Part shown: positions 22,732-39,200 of the stretch, in pieces
Layout of the letters: each line of letters starts with the position of its first letter
Numbering within the stretch: position 1 is the stretch's first letter
DNA from: Yuukianura sp. NJ FZ-2021
Taxonomy: Eukaryota
Assembly: GCA_046563655.1 (NCBI GenBank)
Contig: CM102285.1
Location: 14,384,001-14,448,000 of the forward strand
DNA length: 64,000 nucleotides
Reading direction: 5' to 3'
Notes under the pieces: generated by a model
Database searches by the model: none
Seen by the model: only the letters and a program-made list of their open reading frames with translations
What the model was told of the DNA's origin: nothing
Translations under genes and position numbers: made by a program

Positions 22732-25700
22732 ATGAGTGTTCTAACTTCGGTGAAGATCAAAAAGCCGGAGACTGGACCGGCAGAAGAAAGTGACCAGATG
22801 ATTATCAGACCACTGTAATGTTAACCTTCATGTCCATTTTCTATTAATTGATAATTTCTAACTGTAAAGTTAAATAGCTAAAGTTGTAGTCAATCGAATA
22901 TTCTACAGGGGAGCGGGTCAAGAGGTGGGACGATCCTGCATCATGCTCGAATTCAAGGGAAAGAAAATTATGGTAATGGAGGAACAATCGTTAGTGACTG
23001 GAAATGTATCTAGGTATTATTATTGTTACTAAACATTCCTCATGTTTTCATTTTGTGTCGTTTAGCTGGACATTGGCATTCATCCGGGACATGTTGGGCT
23101 GGAGTCCTTGCCATACGTGGATTTCATAGATGCTGATCAAGTCGATATTCTGCTCGTCTCACAGTAATATTCTTTTTAGCCTATTTTTTAACCTTCGATA
23201 AAACGAATCAAAAACATTCTATATTTTGTAGTTTTCACTTGGATCATTCCGGAGCCCTGCCTTGGTTTCTACTCAAAACGGCATTCAAAGGACGCTGCTT
23301 CATGACACATGCCACGAAGGCCATTTACCGCTGGCTAGTGTCCGATTACATCAAAGTGTCGTAAGTTAAACTTAAACTTACTTAGCTGAAACGTTATTTT
23401 GCTTTGTATTTCACCATTTTGTGCCTGAACAGGAACATCTCAGCGGATCATATGCTTTACACTGAAGCAGATCTTGAAGCGTCCATGGACAAGATCGAAG
23501 TACTGAATTTCCATGAAGAGAAGGAAGTCAAAGGAATCCGATTCTGGGCGTATCATGCTGGCCATGTCCTTGGTGCTGCGATGTTTATGATTGAAATTGC
23601 CGGAGTCAAAGTTCTGTACACCGGAGATTTTTCACGCCAAGAAGATCGCCATTTGATGGCCGCAGAAATTCCGAGTGTTTCCCCACATGTCATGATTGTC
23701 GTAAGTAAAAATAAACTTGTATGCAATCGGCATTTGAAATCTGACTTGTACAATTTTTGTTTGTTTAGGAATCCACTTATGGGACTCACATTCACGAAAA
23801 ACGGGAAGAACGAGAAGCTCGATTCACCGGAATCATTCATGAGACGGTTGGACGCGGTGGTCGCTGCCTCATTCCTGTATTTGCTCTCGGGAGAGCTCAA
23901 GAACTGCTACTGATTTTAGGTAACAAACAAACAAAAAAAAAGTGCAGTTTTCGAAAAAATTTCAACTTCAAATTGATTTTTTGATAGATGAATACTGGAG
24001 TCAGCATCCAGAACTTCACGACGTTCCGATTTACTACGCTTCGTCACTCGCCAAAAAGTGCATGGCAGTTTTTCAAACTTATGTCAATGCAATGAACGAA
24101 AGAATTCGAAGACAAATTGCCATCAGCAATCCCTTTGTCTTCAAACATATTTCCAATTTGAAGGTTTTTCAAAAATAACTCAACATAAAATGAAAAGTGC
24201 AAGTTTTCAAAGTTTTGATTTTTTTTTCTGGTCCAGAGTATTGAACATTTTGATGACGTTGGTCCCTGTGTCGTGCTGGCTTCTCCTGGAATGATGCAGA
24301 GTGGTTTGTCTCGTGAACTGTTTGAAATGTGGTGTACAGATCCCAAGAATGGAGTGATCATTGCTGGATACTGCGTAGAAGGAACACTGGCGAAACAAAT
24401 TCTGTCTGAACCCGAAGAAGTTACGCTCATGAGTGGAATCAAAGTGCCTCTGAAGATGTCTGTCGATTATATTTCGTTTTCAGCTCATACTGACTATGAA
24501 CAAACTTCAGAATTCATTCGGACACTAAAACCACCACATATCGTAAGTTTTCAAAAAAAAAAAGTATTGTGGAATTTGAGAAATAGTTGAAACTTTCTTT
24601 TTCCTGGCAGGTTCTGGTCCATGGTGAGCAGAATGAAATGAGTCGCTTGAAAGCAGCGTTGATTCGAGAATATGAAGGAGACTCACAGCAAATGCAGATT
24701 TACAATCCCAAAAATACTGCTGCTGTTGAGCTTCATTTTCGTGGAGAGAAAATGGCAAAAGTAAAACTCCATTTGAAAATAATGTTAAAATCCTATTTAA
24801 ACCTGTGTTCTTATAAGATATAGTTCTCAATTTTTTTAAGTCCGCTTCGTTTTTAGCATGTTTTGGGTTTTTAACATGGCTTGCTTTGTTGCTTGCTTTT
24901 AACATTTTAGATTTTAATGTTTGGTTTTTCTTTTTAGTTTTAACTTTGATTTCAGGTTAAAATCAAAGAATGTTAAAATCAAGTCATTTTAAAATCAAAG
25001 TTTATGCTAAAACTAAAACTCTTAGCCATAGCAAAATTCGTTGATTTTAACATGGTTTGTTTCTAACATTTAAGGTCATGGGGAGCCTAGCAGCAGCAAA
25101 ACCGGGAAAAAGTGACCACATTTCAGGAATTCTCGTTAAGCGCAACTTTAATTATCACATTGTAGCACCATCAGATCTTGGAAGTAAGAAAATTCTTGAA
25201 GAATTTCTGAAAATCTGTTGAAGAGTTTCTTGTAGAATTTCTGAATGTTACTTTCATAAGTTTCTTGTTGTTTTTTTTTAGAATACACTGATCTCACCAC
25301 CAGCATCGTAACTCAAAGACAAAGTGTTTCCTTTTCGGGAACCTTTGATCTCCTCCAGCACATGTTGGTTCAAATGGCAAAGCAAGTGGAAGTTCTAGAA
25401 GGGAAAACAAAAGAGAAGCGAATTCTGCGTGTTTTCGATGCAGTTGATGTCATTTATGAACCGAAACTGGTGACGATCGAGTGGGTTGCTTCTCCAGTCA
25501 ACGATATGTTCTCAGATGCTTGTCTAACGGCCATTCTGCAAGCAGATTCCATCGAACATCATACAGGAGACTTCCCTCCTCCGCCGGATATTGACGATGA
25601 GCATTTCAAAGTAAAACTTCAAAATTTTGAAACTCACATAATGAAATTTTGAAACTAACTTTGCATTTTTGAATCCAGGAATGTGTAATTGACACTCTCC

Positions 25701-25897
25701 AGGAAATGTTCGGTCGAGACTGTCTCCCGAAGACGTTCAAGGGAAATGACCTTAGTGTTGTCGTGGCTGGAAAAACGGCAAAGGTCAATCTCAAAACTTT
25801 GCAGGTCAAATGTGAAGATGACGAAAGTTTTGAGCATGTCATCAAGTCTGTGGTATCCAGACTCCATGACACTTTGACCCCAATTATGCCCAGCTAA
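22732..25897 (+). CDS. CPSF3: Cleavage and polyadenylation specificity factor 73 kDa subunit
   Basis: [21 protein letters not shown], metal motif SHFHLDH (split by an intron), [65 protein letters not shown]73-100 C-terminal region. Confidence 0.97.
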
Positions 25898-26062
25898 ACA
25901 CTTTTTTTTAATGGTTCCCCGTAAATCTAACTTTTGCAATTTACACTTGAAATTAATTGAATTACCAATTACTTTTAATAGTTCAATTAATTTATAGATG
26001 TAGTAGCCGTTTCTAAAAAATAATAATTTGTGAGGATGGATTTGTCCCAGTTTTTTAATCGT

Positions 26063-27809
<1,747 letters not shown>

Positions 27810-28257
27810 ATCCAATTACTTCCGAAATTAATCAGTGAAAGTGACGATTAACGGAACGCCTACTACCGACCGGTTAGTACTGAACGGAGCTCCTCTTTGA
27901 TATAAAATGAGAGGAATTTGTGTGGACTGTGACAGGAAAATAAAAACTTTTGTGGACAGGCAAACACAATCACCTGACAGAGAAAATTGGACTTTGACCT
28001 CTACATCACATCGTCCCACCCAAATTCTGGTACTTTCAAAGTCAAAAAGATAGAAATAAACCAAATGCAACTTGGACTTCGACCTTTGACCTGTTAGCAG
28101 TCTCCATCTTCGTTCAACATATAATCTTTCACCTTTTCAATATGGATTGTTCATTATGATTAATTGAGCAGAGTAATGTTAACCATTGATTACTTTTAGA
28201 ACATTCTTTATTAAACTTAGGAAGGGAGCAACATTTGGAGCGACAAAGGTCAATGAC

Positions 28258-29637
<1,380 letters not shown>

Positions 29638-32600
29638 CTAATTACCCCAAGTCTGGATTTGTTGTAAGTGATCAAGGATTAATCAATCCACAACTACAAT
29701 TAATTAACTGTAATTAATTAACGAAAACAAAACCAAATCCAGCTGCAAGTCTAAATGAAATTGCAAATTGAAGATTGAATGAAATGAATGAATGGGAATA
29801 CACTTGCCAAAAAAACAGGTTTGTTTATTTGAAAATTCAAATTTTATTCCCGCCATATGCAATCAACATTGTCTCACCTCGCCCTATAACAAAAGTGGAA
29901 TTATAGAACTTAGAACAATAGTGAAAATCCAAAGACAATAACAGACGTACTTTCTCCACTTTCACTCTCTATAATATAAAAATTGAGGAGTTTTATTCCG
30001 CTCAAGTAATTTTGGAAAAATTTTATTGCAAATGCAAATTTTGTTAAAAATTCTTCGCTTTCTCATAACTTTCAGCGTTCTTCGAAGTTTAAAACATGAA
30101 AAACATATTTTTTTAAGTGAAGCTAAAAATAAGCATCGTTTTTTCGGTTATGACTGATTTGGAATTTGATTTGTTGGTTGGGAGAGCAAAGATTCCAAAC
30201 CTTCCAGAACTGAGATCCAACGTTCTGGAAGAAAAAGGGGGAACTCTGGCCAATTAGCTTCTTCTTCCAAGTCCATATGGGACTAATTACGGATTCTGCG
30301 GACAGATTGGGACTTTGGAATGCCATATACTGGCAGTACTGGTGGTAATACTGCCAGTACTACCTGCTTCCATCCACATCTGCTTTCCAGTGCAGCGTCA
30401 GGAAAAATGAAGACAGGAGACATAAATCCCGGTTTTTTTTTTCTTCAAAAAAGAAGTTACCCGGATTTCAGAGTCACCGGATACAGAAGAAGTTAAAGTT
30501 CTTGTTACATGGTAGGTTAACCAATACAAACAAATCATGGCGATAAATTGTGATTGACGGCATTCCTTCCTTAAACTTGACTCTCCCAAGCTACAAACTC
30601 TGTCTTTCTCGTGTCACTTGTTCCCAATTACCCCGGGAATAGTTAAGTCCAACTCTTAATTTTTTGACACCTCCAGTGTCTCCCTTGTCCTCATCCGTCT
30701 TTGACCACTTATCTCCCAGTTGATTAGATTCGGAACTCTCTGGTTCACTGTACTTTTTCAAATTTAACCGCAACTTGTGGTCGGTTAGCCCAACTTTGTT
30801 AAGTTAAGTTTAGATTTTGCTCGAATCTCTAATCAGCTCAACCGCAAATCCTAAATCTTCAACCAGTAAACACATTTTTTAAAAATCAAAACCAACTCTA
30901 GACGAACTTCAGCCGACAATCTTTGGTTAAAATCTTGTCCAAAGAAAAAACTTTGCTCTGGCTGCTCCAAATTTCGAAAATCATTAAACCAATTTTTTCA
31001 AATTCGCTAATCAAAACATTTTTTGCATGAGTTTTTTACGTATCTTTTTTCAACACTTTTTTGCTACTTGGGTTAACTTTATTGACTTAGAAAAGGACTT
31101 TAGGGTTAAGGCAGGTCACGGTTGACTGAACGTGTAAAGAAAAGGACGAAAGTTGAATTTGAAAAGACGTTTTTAGTTTTTTGTGCTTTTCTTTTTTTAG
31201 AAAAGATGACATGGAATGACAATTTATTTTAAAAAGGGAAAAGGAAAGGGTTAAAAAGCTAAACAAATAATACAAGCATAAGTCAGTTTTTGAAAGTTTT
31301 TTTAGTACATTTTTTTTTGTTTAGAAAAATTAAAGCAACAGGTAGAACAAAAACTTTTTTCAAATTCCATACCTTGTTGAACACCTTAAAAAACTTCAAG
31401 TTCAAGCAGTGCACTTTTAGTGTTTTCGAAAATTTTAAATCGGAAGCTGAAAGCATGAAAATGTTTACAGCTTGAAGGTCATTGACCTTTGCCCGAAAAA
31501 CAAAATTTGTTTTGTTCTTTGTCAGTTTTAGGAAATAGTTTACAAAATTTTTGTACTTTTTATGAAAAGCATACTTTTTGTGTATTTCAGGGATACTTTT
31601 GGTTGATTTTTGTGGGATGTTAGGGTAGGTTGCGTTTTTTCATTTTGGAATCAATAAGTGACGGTAATTGTTTCACCGATTATCCAATTCAGCTGAAAAT
31701 GATAGGTTTCCGCTCGTGTTTTTTTTAAACACACGCAAAGAAATTTAGAAAACGTTGTTATTTATTTTTCACCTGTTGAAAATAATTTGCACCCTCTGGG
31801 ACACCCAACAAACACAAGAAGGTGCAACACACGTTACCACCCCGCCCCCAACTTAAAACAAGAGCAAACCTCATTCAGTACCCCCCCCCCCTCATTGTTT
31901 AGGGGGGGGGGGTATTTGGATCTTGTGGAAGGGAGACACAAGGATTGTTGGCATTTATCAAGTGAACTGCGAGTTCCAGCTGACACATTCCCAACCAACC
32001 AACTCTTATTTTTTAATGTTTCAAAGAGTTTCTTTCTCAAAAAACCAGTCTTTTTATCAAAGTCCCGAATCTCCTCTGGTTCCACTTGAAAAGAGAGCAA
32101 TATAAAAGTAGTTTTGGTTTTTACCTTTACCCCCCCCCCTTAGGTAGAGGGGGGGGGGTATGTATAAGAATCTTATACATACCCCCCTTAACTCCCCACC
32201 TTGTATCTTCTACTTATGAAGAAGTCAACAAGGTCACCTCACAAACTTCCAACTTAACAAGATCCCAAGAGTGAAAAAAAAGTTTTAAAAAAAGGGAACT
32301 GGTTCACTTTTGACTTTTTTTGTTGACTTTTTACTTTTTATGGATCTTCTTCTGCCGTGTGGAATGCGGGCATTCCTCTCGTGACATGTTAAGGACGGCT
32401 CGTTCATGACAATTGACAACTGAATTTTCTCAAACAAAAAACAAACACGGAATTCAGGATCACAAACTTAGAAAATTTTAAAAACTTAACTTTTTAATTT
32501 CTACTTTGAAAAACCCAAATGTGGTCGGTAGGGTCAAAGACCAAAAGATTCTCCGCCTATTCCATTTTGAACCACGCGGCGGCGGTATCGCGGAGAAATA

Positions 32601-33004
32601 TCAAAATCAAAAATGTTTTTTTGAAAAACCACAACACAAGAACCGCACAACACATTTTTTTGAAATCGGATACCGGACTTTAGACGATACTTTGGTTGTT
32701 TGGGGACTGAACAAGGAAACTGACTCTGTCCAGGAAAAACCATGTCCAAATATCGGTCCACTGACTTTTGTAGAAGAAGAATTTGACTCTTATAAGTTAC
32801 TTAAGGGGGCCCTTAAGAGACTTAATTACTTCTAAGGGTCCCTCCAGGAAGGGGACATGACAATATGACACTAATTAAGGCACCATGGGCCCTTCAAGTA
32901 TCCAGGAATCAAGTATCAAGTTCACCAAGTCTGACGCACCCTTGGGCTTCTCACAAAATCCGAATTTCAATTTTCAATTTTTCAATTTTTACAAATAAAA
33001 AATA

Positions 33005-33180
33005 AATATTTTTTTGAGCTCTCATTTTAAAATATTTTTTTGAGCTCTCATTTTAATATATGTTTTCCACCTCTGATTTTTAAAAAATTTTGCGAGCTCT
33101 AATTTTAAAATATTTTTTTCACCTCTGATGTTAATATATTTTTGTGAGGTCTGATTTTAAAATATTTTTTGAGTTCTGAT
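33005..33180. repeat. Degenerate ~27-bp tandem repeat
   Basis: About 6-7 copies of aaatatttttttgagctct(c/g)atttt. Confidence 0.75.
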
Positions 33181-36100
33181 TTTTTTCAAAGTTAAGACAA
33201 GCGTTGAAGGTGAGTTTTTAAATCTTTGATTTACAACAAACATTTTTTTAAACTTTTAAAATTTTTAAAATTTTATTTCATTTTGAAATTTATGTAACAG
33301 CAGAATGACGTAAATTGACAAACTATTTAGATTTTTGGAATGTCCAAACTGCAATAAACATTTGTTTTGTTATTGACTTTTGCTTTTTTCATTTCTTGAA
33401 ATTGGAAGTCACAAATCAACCAAAGGTCATCACAGGTCACCCAAACCTGATTTTGACTTTAAAAAAGTTGAACTTATGCATGTAAGTATGTCTCTCATTG
33501 TTTTAGAAAAATTGTGTTTGTTCATAAACATAAATCCCAAAAAGTTAATCACAAGACAAGTTGAGAAAACAAGCAAATTGACTGGTCCAAAATTTACGAC
33601 TTACCATTTCAAAAACAACCAAAAACAAAAAGGAAAAGATCATTTCAACTTCTTTCGTTTCAAAATTTATTGTTTTCAATCTCTCCAAAAGTTCTAAACA
33701 TTTCAACACTGATTTCCAAATTTTTTAAACACAAAAATTATTACCATCTCCAAATGCAAATCGCACTTTTTTCAAATCAAAATGGTTCAACTTTTTCTGA
33801 AAGAATTCCACTAACTTTCGAAAACGTTTTTGAAACGTTTTTTCCAAGTTCATTTAACCGTAGACTTTTTGTTCGTAAAAAACGTTTTTTTAAGTATATT
33901 TCGTAAAAGCGTTTTTAAAAAAAGCGTTTTATGGAAAAGTGACAACTTTGAAAAATTAGCTATGCTTATTTGGCAAAATTGAGCGTGAGACTTTTTGAGA
34001 CTTTTTCTCTTTTCATTTTGAGAAGGTTGGAAGTCAATTGAAAAATTATTAACTAAAAAGTACCCCCGTCATCACAGTTTCCCAAGGGCCCGTGACAAGA
34101 TCAAAGGTAGGGGGTCCCTTGATGTATCAAAAAGTGTCCCTTAAGTCCCCCTGGACGAAGACATCATCATCTAAGGACCAAGGGGTGACCGTGACAAAGT
34201 AGCGATAACCTTAGAACTTGAAGAAAACCGCAATCTAATCATCTGTCAGGCAAACGGTGGGAAGCCGCAGAGTCAGCTGCTTGCACCTTCTTCGTCAATC
34301 GGTCACTTGTCGCTGTTGGTCGCAGCAGTACTGCTTATGGTCATCGCTTCATCGCTTTTACTATCAGCTCAAGCCAAACGTAACCAGAAAACCACGAAAA
34401 CAAACGTTAGACTCTACTTGGGCCAAGAGATTCATAAAAACGTAAGTATACTACAAAAAATGAACGAGTTAAAACGAGTTGTGTAGTTCAGCCACTTTAT
34501 TTTTTCCCTTTGTTTGGTCTTTGGACAGGTTTTGCCTGCTGTTGCTGCTGAACTTGACGTTGTTTCAGGTTCACCTTATAAACTTACTATGAACGAGAGG
34601 GATGAACACCACCACCACCTCAGTGGGCATGAAGATCCAAATCGGTCAGTCGCCAGTCGACAGTCATCCGGCAAGGAAGCTCATCCGACGATCCAAACTC
34701 TGTCAGTGGTCTAACCTGTATCTGTCAGTTTAGCCGCCTTTAGTCGGTCTCAGCACGATACTCCAGTTCCGGAGACCTCCACGGCCACGGTCATTAGTCA
34801 CTTGGTTTGAAAAGTGACCGGCACCGACGTTAAAAGTCACGACTACGGTGAGAATTGGGCAGATTCCAGAGATGAGCTGACGCATGGTCCTTTGTTGAGG
34901 CAAAGAAAGTGTGCAGCCCGTCAATTATCCAATTCAACATCATCTCCAGGAACTTCATCTTTTTTTTCTCTTATTAGGAAGTGTCTGTGTGTATCAATTA
35001 TCCACTTGGGCCATTGTGTGACAGGACACTAAGGAGCCAACGGAATTGCTAACCAGAGGTGTCCAGCCCCCCACCCTCAAGGAACATTCCAAGACTCGCG
35101 TGATTGAAGAAAGACACAGACTTAATAAGTACTTTAAAAAGTTGGTGATCTAAGACATTCGTCAACCAAGGATTCAAGAAAGGTCTTGAACGTTAAGGTC
35201 AACAGTGTAGACTTATCCGTTCATAACTGACCTCGCTGTGTCATACAGTGACCAAGGTGACGACAACGAATCGTCACTCTGCCCTTGATTCTTCATACAC
35301 CAGGAAACAGGTATGTCCAGGGAAAAAAACGTTTTAAAAATGTAACATTCGATACAGCGACAGGAATACTAAAATTTGCAACAAGTATTTCGAGTTTTGA
35401 CTTTGAACGAATCAAAGAATGTCGTTTGTCATTGGAATGTCAATTGACAATTTTATGTTAAGTGTCAAAGTGTCAACCAATTTTTTATGTTGGGTTAGGT
35501 AACTGTTGAGGAACGCAGAAGTTGAAAGTTAAAATTCAAAAGTTAAAAGAAAAAAGAGTTAAAATTCTGAAGTTAAAACAAAAGCAATTGAAGAAAGATT
35601 AAAAAAAAGATGTCGCGGAGACATTTTTAGAACACGGCAAAACTTTGTCGATTATTTTCGCAGAAAAAACTTCAAACTTTCTCCAGGTATAAGTAGAAAG
35701 CGACTAATTGGACTTATTTTGTCTTGTTTTTTTGCAGGAAGGCCGTTCTGGAAGACATAAGCTCCACTTTTTCTGTTTTTCCGAACTTTTACTTGCAACT
35801 TGTCTACTTCGGAATTTTTTGGTCGGTAGAAACAGGAGCCGTTTCTGGCAACGTTCGAAATATTTTGGGAAGCTTCGGCGCAAAAACGAAGTACGGAGGT
35901 GACTTTTCTACTAAAGAAGAAGCTTTTCCTAAATTCTTATATACACTTCCTTGCCAAATCGGATTCACACAGTGGATTCCTGTCGCCTTCGTACCTAAAC
36001 CAGCACCAGCTTAAAACTGAGGGAAAAGGAAGGCGGAGTTTGGAGGCGGAGCAACGACATTTTTTGCCGTCCCACTTTGCTCCCACTTCTAAAACAGAGA

Positions 36101-36289
36101 TTTTGAAGAGCTTCAAGATCTGAGCCACAAAAAGACATTGGAGCAGAGATGAAGATCGATCAGTCAGTGGACAGGGACACCTCTGCCTAAAACCTTCCAC
36201 GTCTCAAGTACCCTGTCCAAGTACCCTCCCTGTCCAAGGGCCCTGTCCAAGTACTCCTTCGAAGTTTGACCTCTGACCTGGAGTTGACG

Positions 36290-39200
36290 ATGATGATGGA
36301 CGTGCAGGGCGTGGAGCCTTCAGTGCCGGTCAACTGCTCAGGTCCACCGAGTTCCATTTGTTCTGGCTGTGGACTCCGGATTCTGGACAGATTCTACTTG
36401 CAAGCAGTGGAGAAACAGTGGCATGACGACTGTTTGCGATGTCACGTCTGTGGAATCGTCTTGTCCAATGAACTCACTTGTTATGCCCGTGATGGAGTCA
36501 TTCTATGTAAAGAAGACTATGCCAGGTAAGCTATTTAAAAAATTTCTGAAAATTTTCGAAATTTTATGTTATGTTTTTGAAAAAGTCGGATTCAAGTTTA
36601 ATACGCCTATTAAGCCCTTGTAAACTGGAAAAAAGTTCGGTGTGTGTCCATTGTTCGTTGTGGATTTTGACGAGGTCGTGTGTCGTGACCTTAAGGGCTC
36701 CCCGTGTCCCCTTAAGGGCTCCCCCTCATTACAAAAACGTGAAAACCTAAACTATTATTTGCCTCCCAATTTCTATTCATTGACTATCCTTGAGAACATG
36801 GATTTTGGTCCATGTTTTTCTATTGTTTTTTGAAACGTCGTTCGCTGGTCACGTGGCGCTGTCCCTTATATAAACTTGTAAATCAGAGTCGATTGAGCTC
36901 CGGTTTTTGAAAAGAAAACCGAATCCGGGTAGACACGTCGTCATCTTCATCAAGCCGTTTTGATTTTTGGAAATCTAGTGGCTTTGGATTGCAATCGACC
37001 GCCGTTAGCTTAGCACAAGACAGCAGCAGGTCGTGTGATCCCTTGAGAGTCGTTTGTAGACACACAACACAAATGAAGGGCCCTCTGGAATCGGATTATG
37101 CCCGGGAAAATCGGATCATGTTCTTTGTCATTTCAAATAAATTTAGGATCACATTTCAATCTCACGTCTCAAGTGATAAATCTAGATTTTTTGAGATTTT
37201 TTTTTCACAAAAGTTCAACTTTCTCCGCTCATTCTTCACAGCCATTCATATTTTTTGAAAAATTCGGCGAGATAAAAATTTCATTTTTAAAACTTTTTAG
37301 TTTCGACAAACTGGGTTTCCCTGAATGAAATTATTGTAGGTATATGTCAAATTGCATAAACCCATGTTAAGGGTGAATGTTGCCCGGTCGAGGGGCAATA
37401 TTGCCAGGTCAATGACCAATATCACCGGGTGAATGCACAATATTTCCCGGTCAAGAGTCAATATTTCCCGGTAAAGAGTGAATATTTCCCGGTCAAGGGT
37501 CAACAATACCCGGGAAATTCATGTTTTCCACTATTTTTGGATTGATTTGTACTAAAAGTTGGTGAGTTGGCATGAAATTTGTGCATTACACACCTGTGAT
37601 TTTGTGTCATATTCCACCCCTTTGACAGAACAAAGCAACAAAGCGGGTAGAATTGAAGCGTGGCAAAGGGGTATTAAGGGCCCCCTGTTTTTGGGGGTCC
37701 CTTAATACCCCTCTGCCTTGAATACTTAATGTCAAAGGTAGAAAGTAAAAGTATAAAGGTGAATTTTTATGTTTTTGTGAGGATTTGATAAATGAAGCGA
37801 CTAAGCCGTTTGGTTCGAAAAGAAAGCGGCTGAGCCGATAGACAATTCAATTGGGAGGAAAAGTTGGCTGGTGAAAGAAAGTTTTTCTCTGTCCTTGTTA
37901 GCCTCTCCTGCTGATAATTATTAATGAAGTGGAACAGTTTAGTTCAAAAGCACTTTTTCTATAACATAACCTTATGCATATAGTTACTCCCTCCACTTTT
38001 TTTTGTGTAGTTACTCCCTCCACTCAGGTGATTTTCGTGGAAGGGTGAAAGTTGCTAATGATTTTTTGGGGAAAAGTGAACATTTGTGAGGGACGAAAAG
38101 CACCTGTTCCAGCACTTCAAACAATCAATTGACATTTGACATCCAGAAATAGACATGTCAGTGTCAACAATTTTCAAAAACAGAAAAAAATGAAAAAAAT
38201 AAAAATAAAAAAATAAATGAAAAAACGAAAAAAAATCATCCCCGACTTTTTGTTGACATCAAAATCAATTTTCGATTGTTATCAATTTGTTAGTGTGCGG
38301 AGGACACGCTTGTCCAATTTATGCTCGATTTCTTTCTACCGAAAATCGATTTCTTCTACCCAAAAGCATCAGAAAAAAATCGCTTTCTTTTTTATTTTGC
38401 AAAAAAAAAAGTGGAAAACTGGAAAAAATTGCGACTTCGTTGAACATTTTTCATTGAATTTTTTTCGTCTTGGGTGAGATTTTGAGATTTTTTGAAATTT
38501 GGAGGTTAGCTTTGACGTAAGAAGTTAAATTTTTTTGACAGTTCAAGTTGATCTGTACGGAATGCGGTTTACCTTGGGCTTCGGATTAGAGCCATAGATG
38601 ATTGATTAATTTTCTTAATGAATTAATTAACTTTAACTTAAAAATTAATGAGTTAAGGTGTTAATTGATTAATTAACGATTACTTTCTGTTTTCAGACGC
38701 TACAGTTCCGTGGCAAGTCAAGGTCGTTGTGGGCGTTGCAGCGGTGGGATCGGATCTCAGGAGTTGGTGATGCGTGCGAAGGAGCTAGTCTTTCATTTGA
38801 ACTGCTTCGTCTGCGTCATTTGTCTTCGCGTTCTCAATAAGGGTGAGTCTAATCCTCAGATTCAGCAGAAAGTTATGTTTCAGCAGTCATGTGCAACTGA
38901 GAGACAGAGTAACTTCCCAGTGGTTATCTCGGTGGTTACATCTTGATGGTTACAGTGGGAAGGAAGAGGGGATGGAGATTGAGGAGATTAGCAATTCTTT
39001 TAGCACAAGAAACCTCTGTCTGCATTTCAAAAAATGAAACTTTTTTTCTGAAACTGAGCATCATGCGAAACCACCAAAACATTTTTCTAAAAGCGTTTGA
39101 GATTGGGAAGATAGCGGAATGTTCAGAATTAGAGGGCGAGGATGAGCTGGGGGCGGGGCTTTGTGTCGCTTTTAACTAAACATTTTAGAAAATACAAGCC

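Noticed and set aside
30325..30365. Hairpin tactggcagta...taatactgccagta containing a miR-8/miR-200-like seed
   Set aside because: Stem is only ~11-12 bp and the sequence after the seed does not match miR-8; too small for a pre-miRNA.
32506..32835. 109-aa plus-strand ORF upstream of apterous
   Set aside because: TTG start, no recognisable domain and no supporting splice pattern.
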